Shown piece after piece: positions 41,728-51,371 of a stretch of 64,000 nt of DNA; position 1 is the stretch's first letter; each line of letters starts with the position of its first letter. This stretch comes from Promethearchaeota archaeon (GTDB lineage Archaea; Asgardarchaeota; Lokiarchaeia; Sigyniarchaeales; SOKP01): NCBI GenBank assembly GCA_016840085.1, contig JAEOTA010000019.1, forward strand, positions 9,366-73,365. Direction: 5' to 3'. The translations under genes and the position numbers were made by a program. Below the pieces are notes generated by a model. It had not been told where the DNA came from. It saw only the letters and a program-made list of their open reading frames with translations, and made no database searches.

Positions 41728-44010
41728 GTGATTATGAGAAATTCTAAGAAGAATAAAAATATTGGTATTATTACTCTGTTTTTTTTAATTTTTTCTATAG
41801 TTCTATTTTATAATATCAATATTTCATATGCGGGGGATAATAATAATTCTTTAACGATTCCTTTAAAACTTCAAATTTTTGAATTCTCTGAAAAAAAAAG
41901 TACAATAAATAATGTAAGTTCTATAGATATTGAATTACCCTCATCTACTTGGGATATCACTTATTTAGTAATGAATTTTACAAATATTGAATATTACGAG
42001 CGAGAAATAAAAACAATTGAAGATACGCCTACTAAGGATGATTTATTCATAGATAAACAAGATTTAGAAGGGCTTGGTGTTCAAATTACGCTAAATGATA
42101 CCATAACGATTTATGGTGCTTATCTTAATATAAAAACATCACTAACCCATACGTTGGATGATATATTTGTTCAAATAAGAGGTTATAATTCATCAATCAA
42201 TGCGCCAAATAATACTATCTATGGATATATAGATTTAAATCATACAATAGTTGATGGATGGAATTATCAGAATTTTACCTCACCTATAACGCTCCCTAAG
42301 GGGCATTATTATTTAGTTATGCAAGGTTTTGTTCAAGCCGCAGGAATATATCAGTGGTATTATAATGATGTCGATCCAAATAATCCAAATTTATATAGAT
42401 CAGAAAAAAATGGATTTGGTTGGGTAAATGGCATTCAAGGGTCACCATTTTTATATAAATTGGATCAAACGGTTAAGAAGAGAGATGTTTACCCGGAAGA
42501 ATTCAATATGACTGCTGAAATAGACAGTGTCTCTTATAGAATCTTAAATGGTATACATATGGGTTCAGGTACTCTTAAGTTACCAGATATTAATTTTTCT
42601 CCTAATGATGAAATTTTGCATATTCCTATTGAAACTAATAGATTTTTCTTCGACTTAAATTATCATCTTAAATTACAAAATCAATTCCTCTCTAATGCTT
42701 TTGTTAATATATCTGTAAAAGAAGATAATTTCTGGAAAATTATTCCTGAGATTAATAGATGTAATTATTATTATTCTATTAAATTTGAATTGCCAAATAA
42801 TTGGTATAATTTAGTCGTATCTAAGGATAATATAGATATTACATCATCTGATGATATCATGATCAATGGAAATTTTTTACATATATTGAATAATACAATT
42901 AATGGTGATGCTGACTGGGAAATTACTACGAAATCACCTAAAACTGATTTTACCTTAGATCTTAGTAGGGGGACTGAATTTAAACTAGGTAACGAATTAA
43001 TATACTCGGCTATTGCTCTAATTAGAGAAGGAAATTTTACATTCCTACTTTATAACGAACTTGGAGTAGAATTGGATAATAAAACAATAGCTGTAACTTC
43101 AGGTGATACAGTGTATTCTTTCAATATTACATCAACTGCTTCTCTAGGCTATTGGACTGCCTATATTTATTGGAATAGCTACAATGATGCAAGCGTCAAA
43201 TCTCAAGTATTCAAAATAATTCCCAATCGTCCCCCTCCCTTTGATATAAATCTTATTCCAGTAATTATAATAGGAGTAATATTAGGTGGTGGGAGTTTAA
43301 CGAGTTTAACTGCTTATCAAACAATTAAAAGAAAAAAGAGAAGAAGTGATTTAAAACTTAAGGGAATATCTAATAAATTTAAGGATATCCTCAGTCTAAA
43401 TTATCTGATGATCTCAGATATTAAATCAGGAGTAAACGTATATGAACAATTCATTACGGGAAGATTTATGGATCCTAGCTTAATTTCAGGATTCTTGGAT
43501 GCTATAAGAAACTTCGGGATTGAATTAACTGGCTCTTATCGCAAATCAGAAACATTGAGTCTAGATTATGAAGATTCAATAATTTTAATGAATGAATCTG
43601 AAGATTTTAGGATAATAATTGTATTGTCAGATAAACCTTCAGAAGAATTCACAAATTCAATTACGAATTTGGCAAAAGATATTAAGGAAAAATATGGAGA
43701 TCTACTTCGAGCGTTTAAAGGAGGACAAGTTACTCAATTTGCGGGTTTAAGTGAATTAATTGAAAAGCATCTAAATGTTTCATTTGCCTCACCATTAAAG
43801 ATTGCTTTCCATAAGAAAGCCAAACTTAACACTATCGAAAAATCAATCATACAAAAAGCAAATGAAATTATGAACCAAACCAATTTAGATTATTTCTACA
43901 CATCATTTTTAATGCCTGATCAAAAGTTCGATCCTGAGACGACTAATGTAATATTCGATTTGATTAATAAAAAGATATTTCAACCAATTAGTTTAAATTT
44001 AGAAGAATAA
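41728..44010 (+). CDS. Large membrane protein: extracellular beta-rich region, TM helix, cytoplasmic longin-like domain
   Basis: N-terminal hydrophobic segment; TM near aa 508-533 followed by KRKKRR; SGVNVYE...DPSLISGFLDAIRNFGIEL. Confidence 0.75.
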   Translation: MIMRNSKKNKNIGIITLFFLIFSIVLFYNINISYAGDNNNSLTIPLKLQIFEFSEKKSTINNVSSIDIELPSSTWDITYLVMNFTNIEYYEREIKTIEDTPTKDDLFIDKQDLEGLGVQITLNDTITIYGAYLNIKTSLTHTLDDIFVQIRGYNSSINAPNNTIYGYIDLNHTIVDGWNYQNFTSPITLPKGHYYLVMQGFVQAAGIYQWYYNDVDPNNPNLYRSEKNGFGWVNGIQGSPFLYKLDQTVKKRDVYPEEFNMTAEIDSVSYRILNGIHMGSGTLKLPDINFSPNDEILHIPIETNRFFFDLNYHLKLQNQFLSNAFVNISVKEDNFWKIIPEINRCNYYYSIKFELPNNWYNLVVSKDNIDITSSDDIMINGNFLHILNNTINGDADWEITTKSPKTDFTLDLSRGTEFKLGNELIYSAIALIREGNFTFLLYNELGVELDNKTIAVTSGDTVYSFNITSTASLGYWTAYIYWNSYNDASVKSQVFKIIPNRPPPFDINLIPVIIIGVILGGGSLTSLTAYQTIKRKKRRSDLKLKGISNKFKDILSLNYLMISDIKSGVNVYEQFITGRFMDPSLISGFLDAIRNFGIELTGSYRKSETLSLDYEDSIILMNESEDFRIIIVLSDKPSEEFTNSITNLAKDIKEKYGDLLRAFKGGQVTQFAGLSELIEKHLNVSFASPLKIAFHKKAKLNTIEKSIIQKANEIMNQTNLDYFYTSFLMPDQKFDPETTNVIFDLINKKIFQPISLNLEE

Positions 44011-44110
44011 CTAATAAAATTAAAACAAATAATATCAACCAATTTAACAATAACAAAATCCTAAAACATTAAATCTTGAAATAAGAAATTACAATATAAA
44101 GTTTTACAAT

Positions 44111-44569
44111 ATGGATGAAATAATTTGGATTCACATTATAGATGGCTCTGGTGCAAATATTTTTAGTTATGAAAATTATATCAAAGGAACTTCTGAAGTT
44201 AATCTCACTTTATTATCTCATTTTATCTATGCGTTACGAGCAGTTGCAAAAAATATGGAAGTAGATGAAATTAAAGAAGTTGACATAGATAAAAATAAAT
44301 TCTTTTTAATTAAAGAAAAATTAACTAATTTCCTCTTTATTATAAAAACTAAACCAAAAGCAAAGACTGAAATTATAACGCCAATATTAAGAAAAATTAA
44401 AGAAAAGTTTGTTGAGAAATTTACAGGGCATTTCACTTTACCTATTCAAGATAAGATACAACTATTAAAATCGTTTAAAGAAGATGTTAAGAGAATAATT
44501 GAAGGTAAAAACCCCCGAATAGATCTAATAGACTCACTCTCAAAAACTAAAAGAATTACTCGAATTTGA
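44111..44569 (+). CDS. Stand-alone longin-like domain protein
   Basis: IHIIDGSGANIF...LLSHFIYALRAVA...FLFII...ILRKIKEKFVEKF; beta-beta-alpha-beta-beta-beta-alpha pattern. Confidence 0.65.
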   Translation: MDEIIWIHIIDGSGANIFSYENYIKGTSEVNLTLLSHFIYALRAVAKNMEVDEIKEVDIDKNKFFLIKEKLTNFLFIIKTKPKAKTEIITPILRKIKEKFVEKFTGHFTLPIQDKIQLLKSFKEDVKRIIEGKNPRIDLIDSLSKTKRITRI

Positions 44570-44609
44570 AGAACAAGATAAATATCAAATGATAATTTTA
44601 TTTAAAATT

Positions 44610-45164
44610 TCAGCATATTTCTTCAAGTTCTATCATTTTTCCTTCGTTGATTACCATGTTATTTAGCATTAATCGCATCAATGATTCGAATAACAGCTCG
44701 ATATTCTCACCAGTTTTGCTGGAACATTCAATAAATCCATTTAAACCCATCGATTTGGCAACTCTCGCTCCCACTTTTCGAGGGATTTCTCTAATAAAAT
44801 CTAAATCTAACTTAGCACCAAGTAATATAATTGGAAATCTTTGGTTAGTTTTTTGTATTAGTGATAACCAATTACCAATATGAGAAAAGGAAGAGTAATT
44901 TGTTATATCATACATCAAAATGCCTCCCAAAGCGCCGTATAAATATTCAGGAAACATATATTGAAACCGTTTGTGCCCGGCAAAATCCCAAATCATTAGC
45001 TTTAATTCCTTTCCATCGAGCTCACAATCCTTAGTTTGAAAATCAACTCCAATTGTCCTTAAGCAATTATAATCAAATATATCAGTAATGAATCGCTTTA
45101 CCAATGTTGTTTTACCAGAATCAGTATCGCCTAAAATGACGGTTTTTAAAATTGCATCATACAT
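44610..45164 (-). CDS. Rab-like small GTPase
   Basis: GDTDSGKT, TIGVDF, WDFAGH, GAKLD, ECSSK. Confidence 0.92.
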   Translation of the reverse strand: MYDAILKTVILGDTDSGKTTLVKRFITDIFDYNCLRTIGVDFQTKDCELDGKELKLMIWDFAGHKRFQYMFPEYLYGALGGILMYDITNYSSFSHIGNWLSLIQKTNQRFPIILLGAKLDLDFIREIPRKVGARVAKSMGLNGFIECSSKTGENIELLFESLMRLMLNNMVINEGKMIELEEIC

Positions 45165-45502
45165 TTTAATATTATCTTATCCTATCTAAGTTCTTTATCG
45201 CGTTTTTCTTTAAAGTATAATATCCTTTTTTGTAAAAATTATTTGCATTACTACCCATGAAAAGCCCCATATTTAAATATTTTGGAATAAATTAATCAGT
45301 TTTTCATTTTTTTCATGGAACTTAATGGAAAATCAAAAAAGTATGCAGCATTTTAACTTTTTTCCTTTTTGTCCTATGAATAAAAGGAAAAATGAATCTA
45401 ATAATATATGAATATGGACTATAATTATATTTGTATTCTCATTTAGATGATTAAAATTATCAACCTAGGGCGTAAAACAATTATTTTCATGGTCTTCAAC
45501 CC

Positions 45503-46210
45503 TTACTTAATTGTGATAATGAAATCAAAAAAAGACTCTTCTTTCTTATTAGAGACATAGATTTGATCAACTTCACATAACACATCTCTATTTATTGCTT
45601 TTTTTAATATACCTTCAGAAATACCACACATTATATAAACATGATATATGAAGTCATCAGTATCTTCTAAAAATATTGAATTCTTGAATCTATACGTGGC
45701 ATTTTTCCCTTCTGGATCAATTTTCAATATTGTTATATCGATATTTGGTTGAAAAATATCATAAGCAGAATAAAAAGCCTTAAAACTTTCTAAAAATAGC
45801 CTCGAAATGGGATGACTTTTTAAACCTCTCAATTGTTTCTGAATATTCGGCCCAAAAGAAAATTTAATATCATTTGCTGCTTCTCTTCCGATCTGTATTG
45901 CCACATCCTCATTATTTGGTAAATACTTTTTAAATTTCGATAATAGAGCTTTATAATACGTTATAGCAGTTTCAAAAGGAATGAATTTTTCTTTTTTAGC
46001 AAAAAATAATTTATATGCTCCTACTTTTTTGCTGAATATTTGATTTGTACGCTCAAGACTAAGCACATATTTAGAAACTGTGTTCCTTGAGAAATTAGTA
46101 ATATTAACAATGTCTGAAGCAGTTATTCCTCCAGGATTATCTCTAATACATTCTAAAATAACAAATTCATGATTAATAGTGTTCTTTTTGTTAGCCGTTG
46201 ATCTTAACAC
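45503..46210 (-). CDS. wHTH + V4R-like domain protein
   Basis: GITASDIV...FSRNTVSKY HTH; IGREAA...HVYIMCGISEG in the C-terminal domain. Confidence 0.65.
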   Translation of the reverse strand: MLRSTANKKNTINHEFVILECIRDNPGGITASDIVNITNFSRNTVSKYVLSLERTNQIFSKKVGAYKLFFAKKEKFIPFETAITYYKALLSKFKKYLPNNEDVAIQIGREAANDIKFSFGPNIQKQLRGLKSHPISRLFLESFKAFYSAYDIFQPNIDITILKIDPEGKNATYRFKNSIFLEDTDDFIYHVYIMCGISEGILKKAINRDVLCEVDQIYVSNKKEESFFDFIITIK

Positions 46211-46334
46211 CTTTAAAAAAAGTTCAGATATCTTTCAGTAACTTACAAAAGATATATTTATATATTAATCTATCAAAAATTTAATATATATATGTGATAA
46301 CTATTCTTGATCATTAATTATCAAGGTGAAAAAA

Positions 46335-48977
46335 ATGTCTAAAAAAATATTAATTCTCTCTGCTGTGCTACTTACATTAGGATCAGGTTTAATACCTGGA
46401 GGTATTCTAATTGGGGATTATATTAATAATAGAGTAGCAAATTCTATTGATGAAGGTCTTTTAGGAATTGAAGAAGGAGCGATTCCATTAATCGAACCAA
46501 TGATTAAAGAGAAGGGAATTCCACGCTCTCTTAGAGGAATTAGAGATACAGCGATTCCTATAATTGAACCCATGATTAAAGAGAAAGGAATTCCACAGGC
46601 TCTTAGAGGAATTAGAGATTCAGCAATACCTATGATTGAACCCATGATTAAAGAGAAGGGAATTCCACAAGCCCTTAGAGGAATCAGAGATGAGGGAATC
46701 TCATTTGTAGAAGATATGGTAGAAGCTACATTTGTAGCTGTATTAATTAAAGTTATGGCACTGGATGGTGGAACTGTTTTAGGTACATATTATCCTCCTA
46801 TTGGGATAGAAAATTTTTTTAATAATGACACTATCGGAGTTTGGGTTTTTTTTAGCGGCGTATCACATTATCATACTGAACCTCTATATTTTACTGAAGA
46901 TGCTCAAAATAGGGTATTATTTGGCAACAGCACTACAGTTCCAGGATATATTCCTAGCATTCAAGGCTTTCTTAATGATACATCAACAGGAGCTGGAGTT
47001 GCACTATTTTTAGATCAGTATTATAATGCGAATTCAAGCGAGACTAATGAATTGAAGGAAATAATGCAAGAAAACTATAATTGTACATGGGATCAATTAA
47101 CAAAATTACATGAATATGTATGTGTTTACTTAATTGATTTAATTATCCCTATTATAATTCAAAATAACTTGCATGTAGAATATATGCCAGAATTAGCGGG
47201 ACTTCTTTCAGTTAACGCAATTGCGAAAGCCCTTTTCATGGAACAGTGGGCTAATGGTACAATATTAGGTGAAGTCCAATATCCAGGAGGAATCGATTTT
47301 AGTGAAATGATCGAAGGCATAAACGAAACTCTTGTTGGATTCGAAGTGGGGCGTATAACCCCATCTAATATTACTCGAAAAGTAGCTTTAGCGCTCTTTG
47401 ATGAGATTAATTACCCGAATGCCCTAACTAACGATACTGGAATTGACCCGTGGATTACTGCTTATACAAATAATACTATTAAGGATAACTTAATGAATGA
47501 ATTCAATCTAACACAGACTCAGATGGATATGATTCTCTACTGGTTATTCGAAGAGTCTTTCAAGGACAATATCGTTCCTGAACTTATGAAGCTACCCCCT
47601 CCAGAGGGAATAGGTAAATCTATAACTGAGTTTGCAAAAGAGCTCCTATTGGAACAATGGGCTAATGGCACAATTTTAGGTGAAATTCTATATCCAGGTG
47701 GTATTGATTTTAGTGAATTGCTTGAAAGTATAGATGAACCTCTTGTTGGATTTGAAGTGGGGCGTATAACACCATCTAATATTACAACAAAATCCGCTGT
47801 GGCACTCTTCGACGAAATTAATTACCCAAACGCCCTAACTAACGATGATGGAATTGAACAATGGGTTACTGCTAATGCAAATAATGCAATAAAAGATGCA
47901 TTAAAGGATGAATTCAATTTAACGCAAACTCAAACAGATATAATCCTCTATTGGTTGTTCGAGGAATCATTTCAGGAAAATATTGTTCCTGAATTAATGA
48001 AACTGCCCCCTCCCGATGGTGTGGGTATGAGTATCACAGAATATGCGAGAGTGTTATTATTGGAACAATGGGCTAATGGTACAATATTAGGTGAAACTCT
48101 ATATCCGGGAGGAATTGATTTTAGTGATATACTCGAAGGAGTAACTGATACTCTTGTTGGATTTGAAGTGGGTCGGGAAACACCCTCAGGCATTACGTTA
48201 ATGTCCGCTTCGGCACTCTTTGACGAAATTAATTACCCAAATGCTCTAACTAACGATACTGGAATTGAACAATGGATTACGGCTTATACTAATAATACTG
48301 TTAAGGATGCGTTGATGAGTGAATTCACTCTAACGCAAACTCAAATGGATATGATACTCTATTGGTTATTTGAGGAATCTTTTCAAGAAAATATTGTCCC
48401 TGAACTTATGAAACTAGCACCTCCAGATGGAGTAGGTATGAGTATCACAGAATATGCAAGAGTTTTATTTTTGGAACAGTGGGCAAATGGCACTGCAGAA
48501 GGAAAAATTCTCTATCCTCATGGATTTCCACTCCCTTTAAAAGCTGGCACAATATATGGACTTGAAGTGGGATATCAGGGCATAGATATGTCTGTATTGC
48601 CAACTAATATGTCATTAAAATCAGCAGAATTGCTTTGGGATATTTCAAGCGAATTTTCAATAGTAAACAAAATAGGTCTTAGTAAATGGTTGTCAGCAGT
48701 AAGAAATCCTAACTCCGCTATAGCTGCTGAATTACAATCTGTGAATTACTTAGAAGATGATGAAATGATGATGATTTTAAGTTGGCTACCAAAGTTTAGA
48801 GACAATATAATGCCATATCTCGCTCAAGAAGAAATGAATTTGCCTTCAGATGCAACTACTTATGCAAATTCAATCGCCCTTGGAATGGTAATTCCGGGAG
48901 GGATTTCTATTGGCCTTGGATTGGCAGGTCTAGTAAGTAATTTACTTGTAAAAAGAAAACTTAAAATAACTCAGTAA
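46335..48977 (+). CDS. Large repeat-containing membrane/surface protein
   Basis: N- and C-terminal hydrophobic helices; 3x24-aa and about 4x137-aa repeats; GGTGA before ATG 46335. Confidence 0.85.
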   Translation: MSKKILILSAVLLTLGSGLIPGGILIGDYINNRVANSIDEGLLGIEEGAIPLIEPMIKEKGIPRSLRGIRDTAIPIIEPMIKEKGIPQALRGIRDSAIPMIEPMIKEKGIPQALRGIRDEGISFVEDMVEATFVAVLIKVMALDGGTVLGTYYPPIGIENFFNNDTIGVWVFFSGVSHYHTEPLYFTEDAQNRVLFGNSTTVPGYIPSIQGFLNDTSTGAGVALFLDQYYNANSSETNELKEIMQENYNCTWDQLTKLHEYVCVYLIDLIIPIIIQNNLHVEYMPELAGLLSVNAIAKALFMEQWANGTILGEVQYPGGIDFSEMIEGINETLVGFEVGRITPSNITRKVALALFDEINYPNALTNDTGIDPWITAYTNNTIKDNLMNEFNLTQTQMDMILYWLFEESFKDNIVPELMKLPPPEGIGKSITEFAKELLLEQWANGTILGEILYPGGIDFSELLESIDEPLVGFEVGRITPSNITTKSAVALFDEINYPNALTNDDGIEQWVTANANNAIKDALKDEFNLTQTQTDIILYWLFEESFQENIVPELMKLPPPDGVGMSITEYARVLLLEQWANGTILGETLYPGGIDFSDILEGVTDTLVGFEVGRETPSGITLMSASALFDEINYPNALTNDTGIEQWITAYTNNTVKDALMSEFTLTQTQMDMILYWLFEESFQENIVPELMKLAPPDGVGMSITEYARVLFLEQWANGTAEGKILYPHGFPLPLKAGTIYGLEVGYQGIDMSVLPTNMSLKSAELLWDISSEFSIVNKIGLSKWLSAVRNPNSAIAAELQSVNYLEDDEMMMILSWLPKFRDNIMPYLAQEEMNLPSDATTYANSIALGMVIPGGISIGLGLAGLVSNLLVKRKLKITQ
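46479..46694 (+). repeat. 72-bp coding tandem repeat x3
   Basis: AIPxIEPMIKEKGIPxxLRGIRDx three times. Confidence 0.9.
47241..48800 (+). repeat. 411-bp coding tandem repeat, 3 full copies plus 1 diverged
   Basis: EQWANGT starts at 47241, 47652, 48063 and 48474. Confidence 0.9.
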
Positions 48978-49117
48978 CATTTTTTTTTTATTTGGAGATA
49001 AAGACGCTATAACTGCCTTTTATGACTTTCAAAAGCATAAAATAAAAGATTCACTCGATAATTATTTATTAATTAAGAATATTTCAATTACTTCAAACTT
49101 TTTTAAACATAATCACC

Positions 49118-49648
49118 GTGATAATTATTATGGAAATGACGTTATTTGATCAACTTGATAAAAATCAATTAAAAGAATTACTTATAAAATGTTGGATGAC
49201 TCATGACGGTTCATGGTTTTATAACTGTGTCCGTGAATTAGGAGTTGATACTGCTAACAAACTAAATAAAGCAGCTATTAAAACTCTTTCAGAAGTTGAA
49301 ATGCAAAGAATAAAAAAGACAATGGGATGGGAAAACGTAAAAATAAAAACGTTTGAACAATTAAAGGATTTTATTATTAATGGCTTTAGTGTATTAAAAG
49401 GGGATTTTATGGATTTTGAATATACCTTCCCTGAAAATAATCGGATGCATTGGGAAATGAACCGATGTTTTGCCTACAACGGCATGAAAATGATTGGAGT
49501 TAACAAACAATATGAATGTGGCATAATATACCGTGTTAGTTGCTGGCTGGATGCTCTGGGTATAAGCCATACCATTGAGCCTGAAATCGATAAATGTTTA
49601 TTAAATTCTCGTGAAAAATGTTCTGGGGATATAATATTGAATCTTTAG
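49118..49648 (+). CDS. DUF6125-like protein (V4R-related fold)
   Basis: KCWMTHDGSWF, C...C...C spacing. Confidence 0.7.
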   Translation: MIIIMEMTLFDQLDKNQLKELLIKCWMTHDGSWFYNCVRELGVDTANKLNKAAIKTLSEVEMQRIKKTMGWENVKIKTFEQLKDFIINGFSVLKGDFMDFEYTFPENNRMHWEMNRCFAYNGMKMIGVNKQYECGIIYRVSCWLDALGISHTIEPEIDKCLLNSREKCSGDIILNL

Positions 49649-49830
49649 GGCTAATTAGCATTTATTCTTTATCTTATATTTTATTTTAACGAATTTCCCA
49701 ATAAAAATCAGGATATTCTTATAATTTTCCTATGGATATTTAGTGTGATTTTACTTTTTGTTGGTGGAGTCATTTATAATGATACATTAATTTCGAAAAA
49801 AAAATAGAATTTAATTAATTTTATGATATT

Positions 49831-50403
49831 TCATTTTTTTTTTCTAAGAATTAATATTATGAATACAGTACCGATTATAAAGGAGAGATTATATCCTGGA
49901 ATTGCTGGTGCTTGTTGTTGGAGAATTTTACCTTTTATAACAACTACACTTTCAGAAACCATATTTCTTGCTCTATCCTGGGCATAATAAGTTATTATAA
50001 TTTCTCCTTCAGGTATAGCATCCCATGCATCTTGATCGATAGAACCATTTAATTCTGTAAAATCAAATTCTCCGGAGACTCCTTCTATTATATACCATGT
50101 AGAGATTAAATTCACTTCAATTATAGATAAATTATAATTTGGAGGTGTACTCGCAAATTTTTCACCCTCAAGAGGTGAATATATAGTAATTATAGGCTCA
50201 AGGGTATCTTTGTAAATTAATATGGAATCAAAATTGATTCGCTCTTTCAATAGTTTGTGGTTTGTGTTAATTGGAATATTCCTTATATCGTCAACAAGGA
50301 AAACTTATACTTGGACATTATACCAAGTAAAGCTTTCAAACATCAAAGTTAAAGATATTATAAAAATAGTATTCTTAAAAATAGATTTTGTTTTTCTCTT
50401 CAT
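49831..50403 (-). pseudogene. Decayed Loki-CTERM surface protein (signal-like 5' piece plus Ig-like/CTERM 3' piece)
   Basis: ATG 50403 gives MKRKTKSIFKNTIFIISLTLMF...stop; ORF 49831..50250 has KDTLEPIITIYSP...YAQDRARN and IPGYNL + TM + RKKK. Confidence 0.6.
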
Positions 50404-50802
50404 TTAATAATCAATTTTTTTGACTTTGAGATTTTCCACATCCTTAAAGTGAGTTTCCGTAGTGTAAATAAATATTTTCCGAGTTAGCGCTTCAGCAATC
50501 ATTATTGCATCCACTATTGATAGGAATTTATACTTACACTTAAGTTCTCCCGCCAATATTGATATGTTTTTGCTAAGAGGTATAAACTTGATTATATTAC
50601 CTTGACGGAGATTTTCCATTATAATTTGAGCGTTGATTTTTCCTTTTTCTCTGCATAAATGATTAAATAGTTCAATATAATTTAATTCTGAAGATATGAA
50701 ATTAAATTGATTTTTTTTAGTCTTAATCTTTTTAAGTGTTTCTTCATGATTACTTTGGTATAAAGTAATAACCCCCGAATCAAGAAAGATGGTATTCTTC
50801 AT
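50404..50802 (-). CDS. vapC: PIN domain toxin
   Basis: FLDSG, YIEL, LSIVDA, TTETHF. Confidence 0.85.
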   Translation of the reverse strand: MKNTIFLDSGVITLYQSNHEETLKKIKTKKNQFNFISSELNYIELFNHLCREKGKINAQIIMENLRQGNIIKFIPLSKNISILAGELKCKYKFLSIVDAIMIAEALTRKIFIYTTETHFKDVENLKVKKIDY

Positions 50803-51065
50803 TAAGATTTCCCCTGATATAATTTATTTTTATCATGTTCTATTTCTTTTTTGCGTTCTTTAGAGATTTCTTCAATGATCTTGATACCTGTCTCCTTATC
50901 TAATATTGATTGCATTTTCTTATCCGAAAGATAAGGTAATATTTTAATTCCTTCTAAAGGGTGATCAATAATTATTACTTTATCACCATCCTTCCATCCA
51001 TATTTCTTCCTTATTTCTGAAGGAATCGTTATGCGTCCATGATTGCTTATATTTGTTATTGTCAT
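50802..51065 (-). CDS. vapB: AbrB/MazE/SpoVT-type antitoxin
   Basis: GRITIPSEIRKKYGWKDGD; overlaps the vapC start; ATG 51065. Confidence 0.85.
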   Translation of the reverse strand: MTITNISNHGRITIPSEIRKKYGWKDGDKVIIIDHPLEGIKILPYLSDKKMQSILDKETGIKIIEEISKERKKEIEHDKNKLYQGKS

Positions 51066-51371
51066 GGTATATAAATAGAAAATTAAGAATTTAAATATGC
51101 TTACAATTTTCAAAAATTGCTAAGCACATTGTATAAGATTATAAAATGTTTGGTAACACTTTGGAATAATAAATATTACTTTCACCCTCCATTCTTACTT
51201 GATTACGATATTAAAAAAAACGAGTAGAAATAAAATAATATCGCTCAATTAAATTATTTGATTTCTAAAGACCAATTTTTATACAATAGAGTGAATTAAA
51301 AATTTATCAATAGGAATAAATCAATTTTCTCTAAACCAATTTTGATTTCAGTCATATCTGTAACTTGGTAT

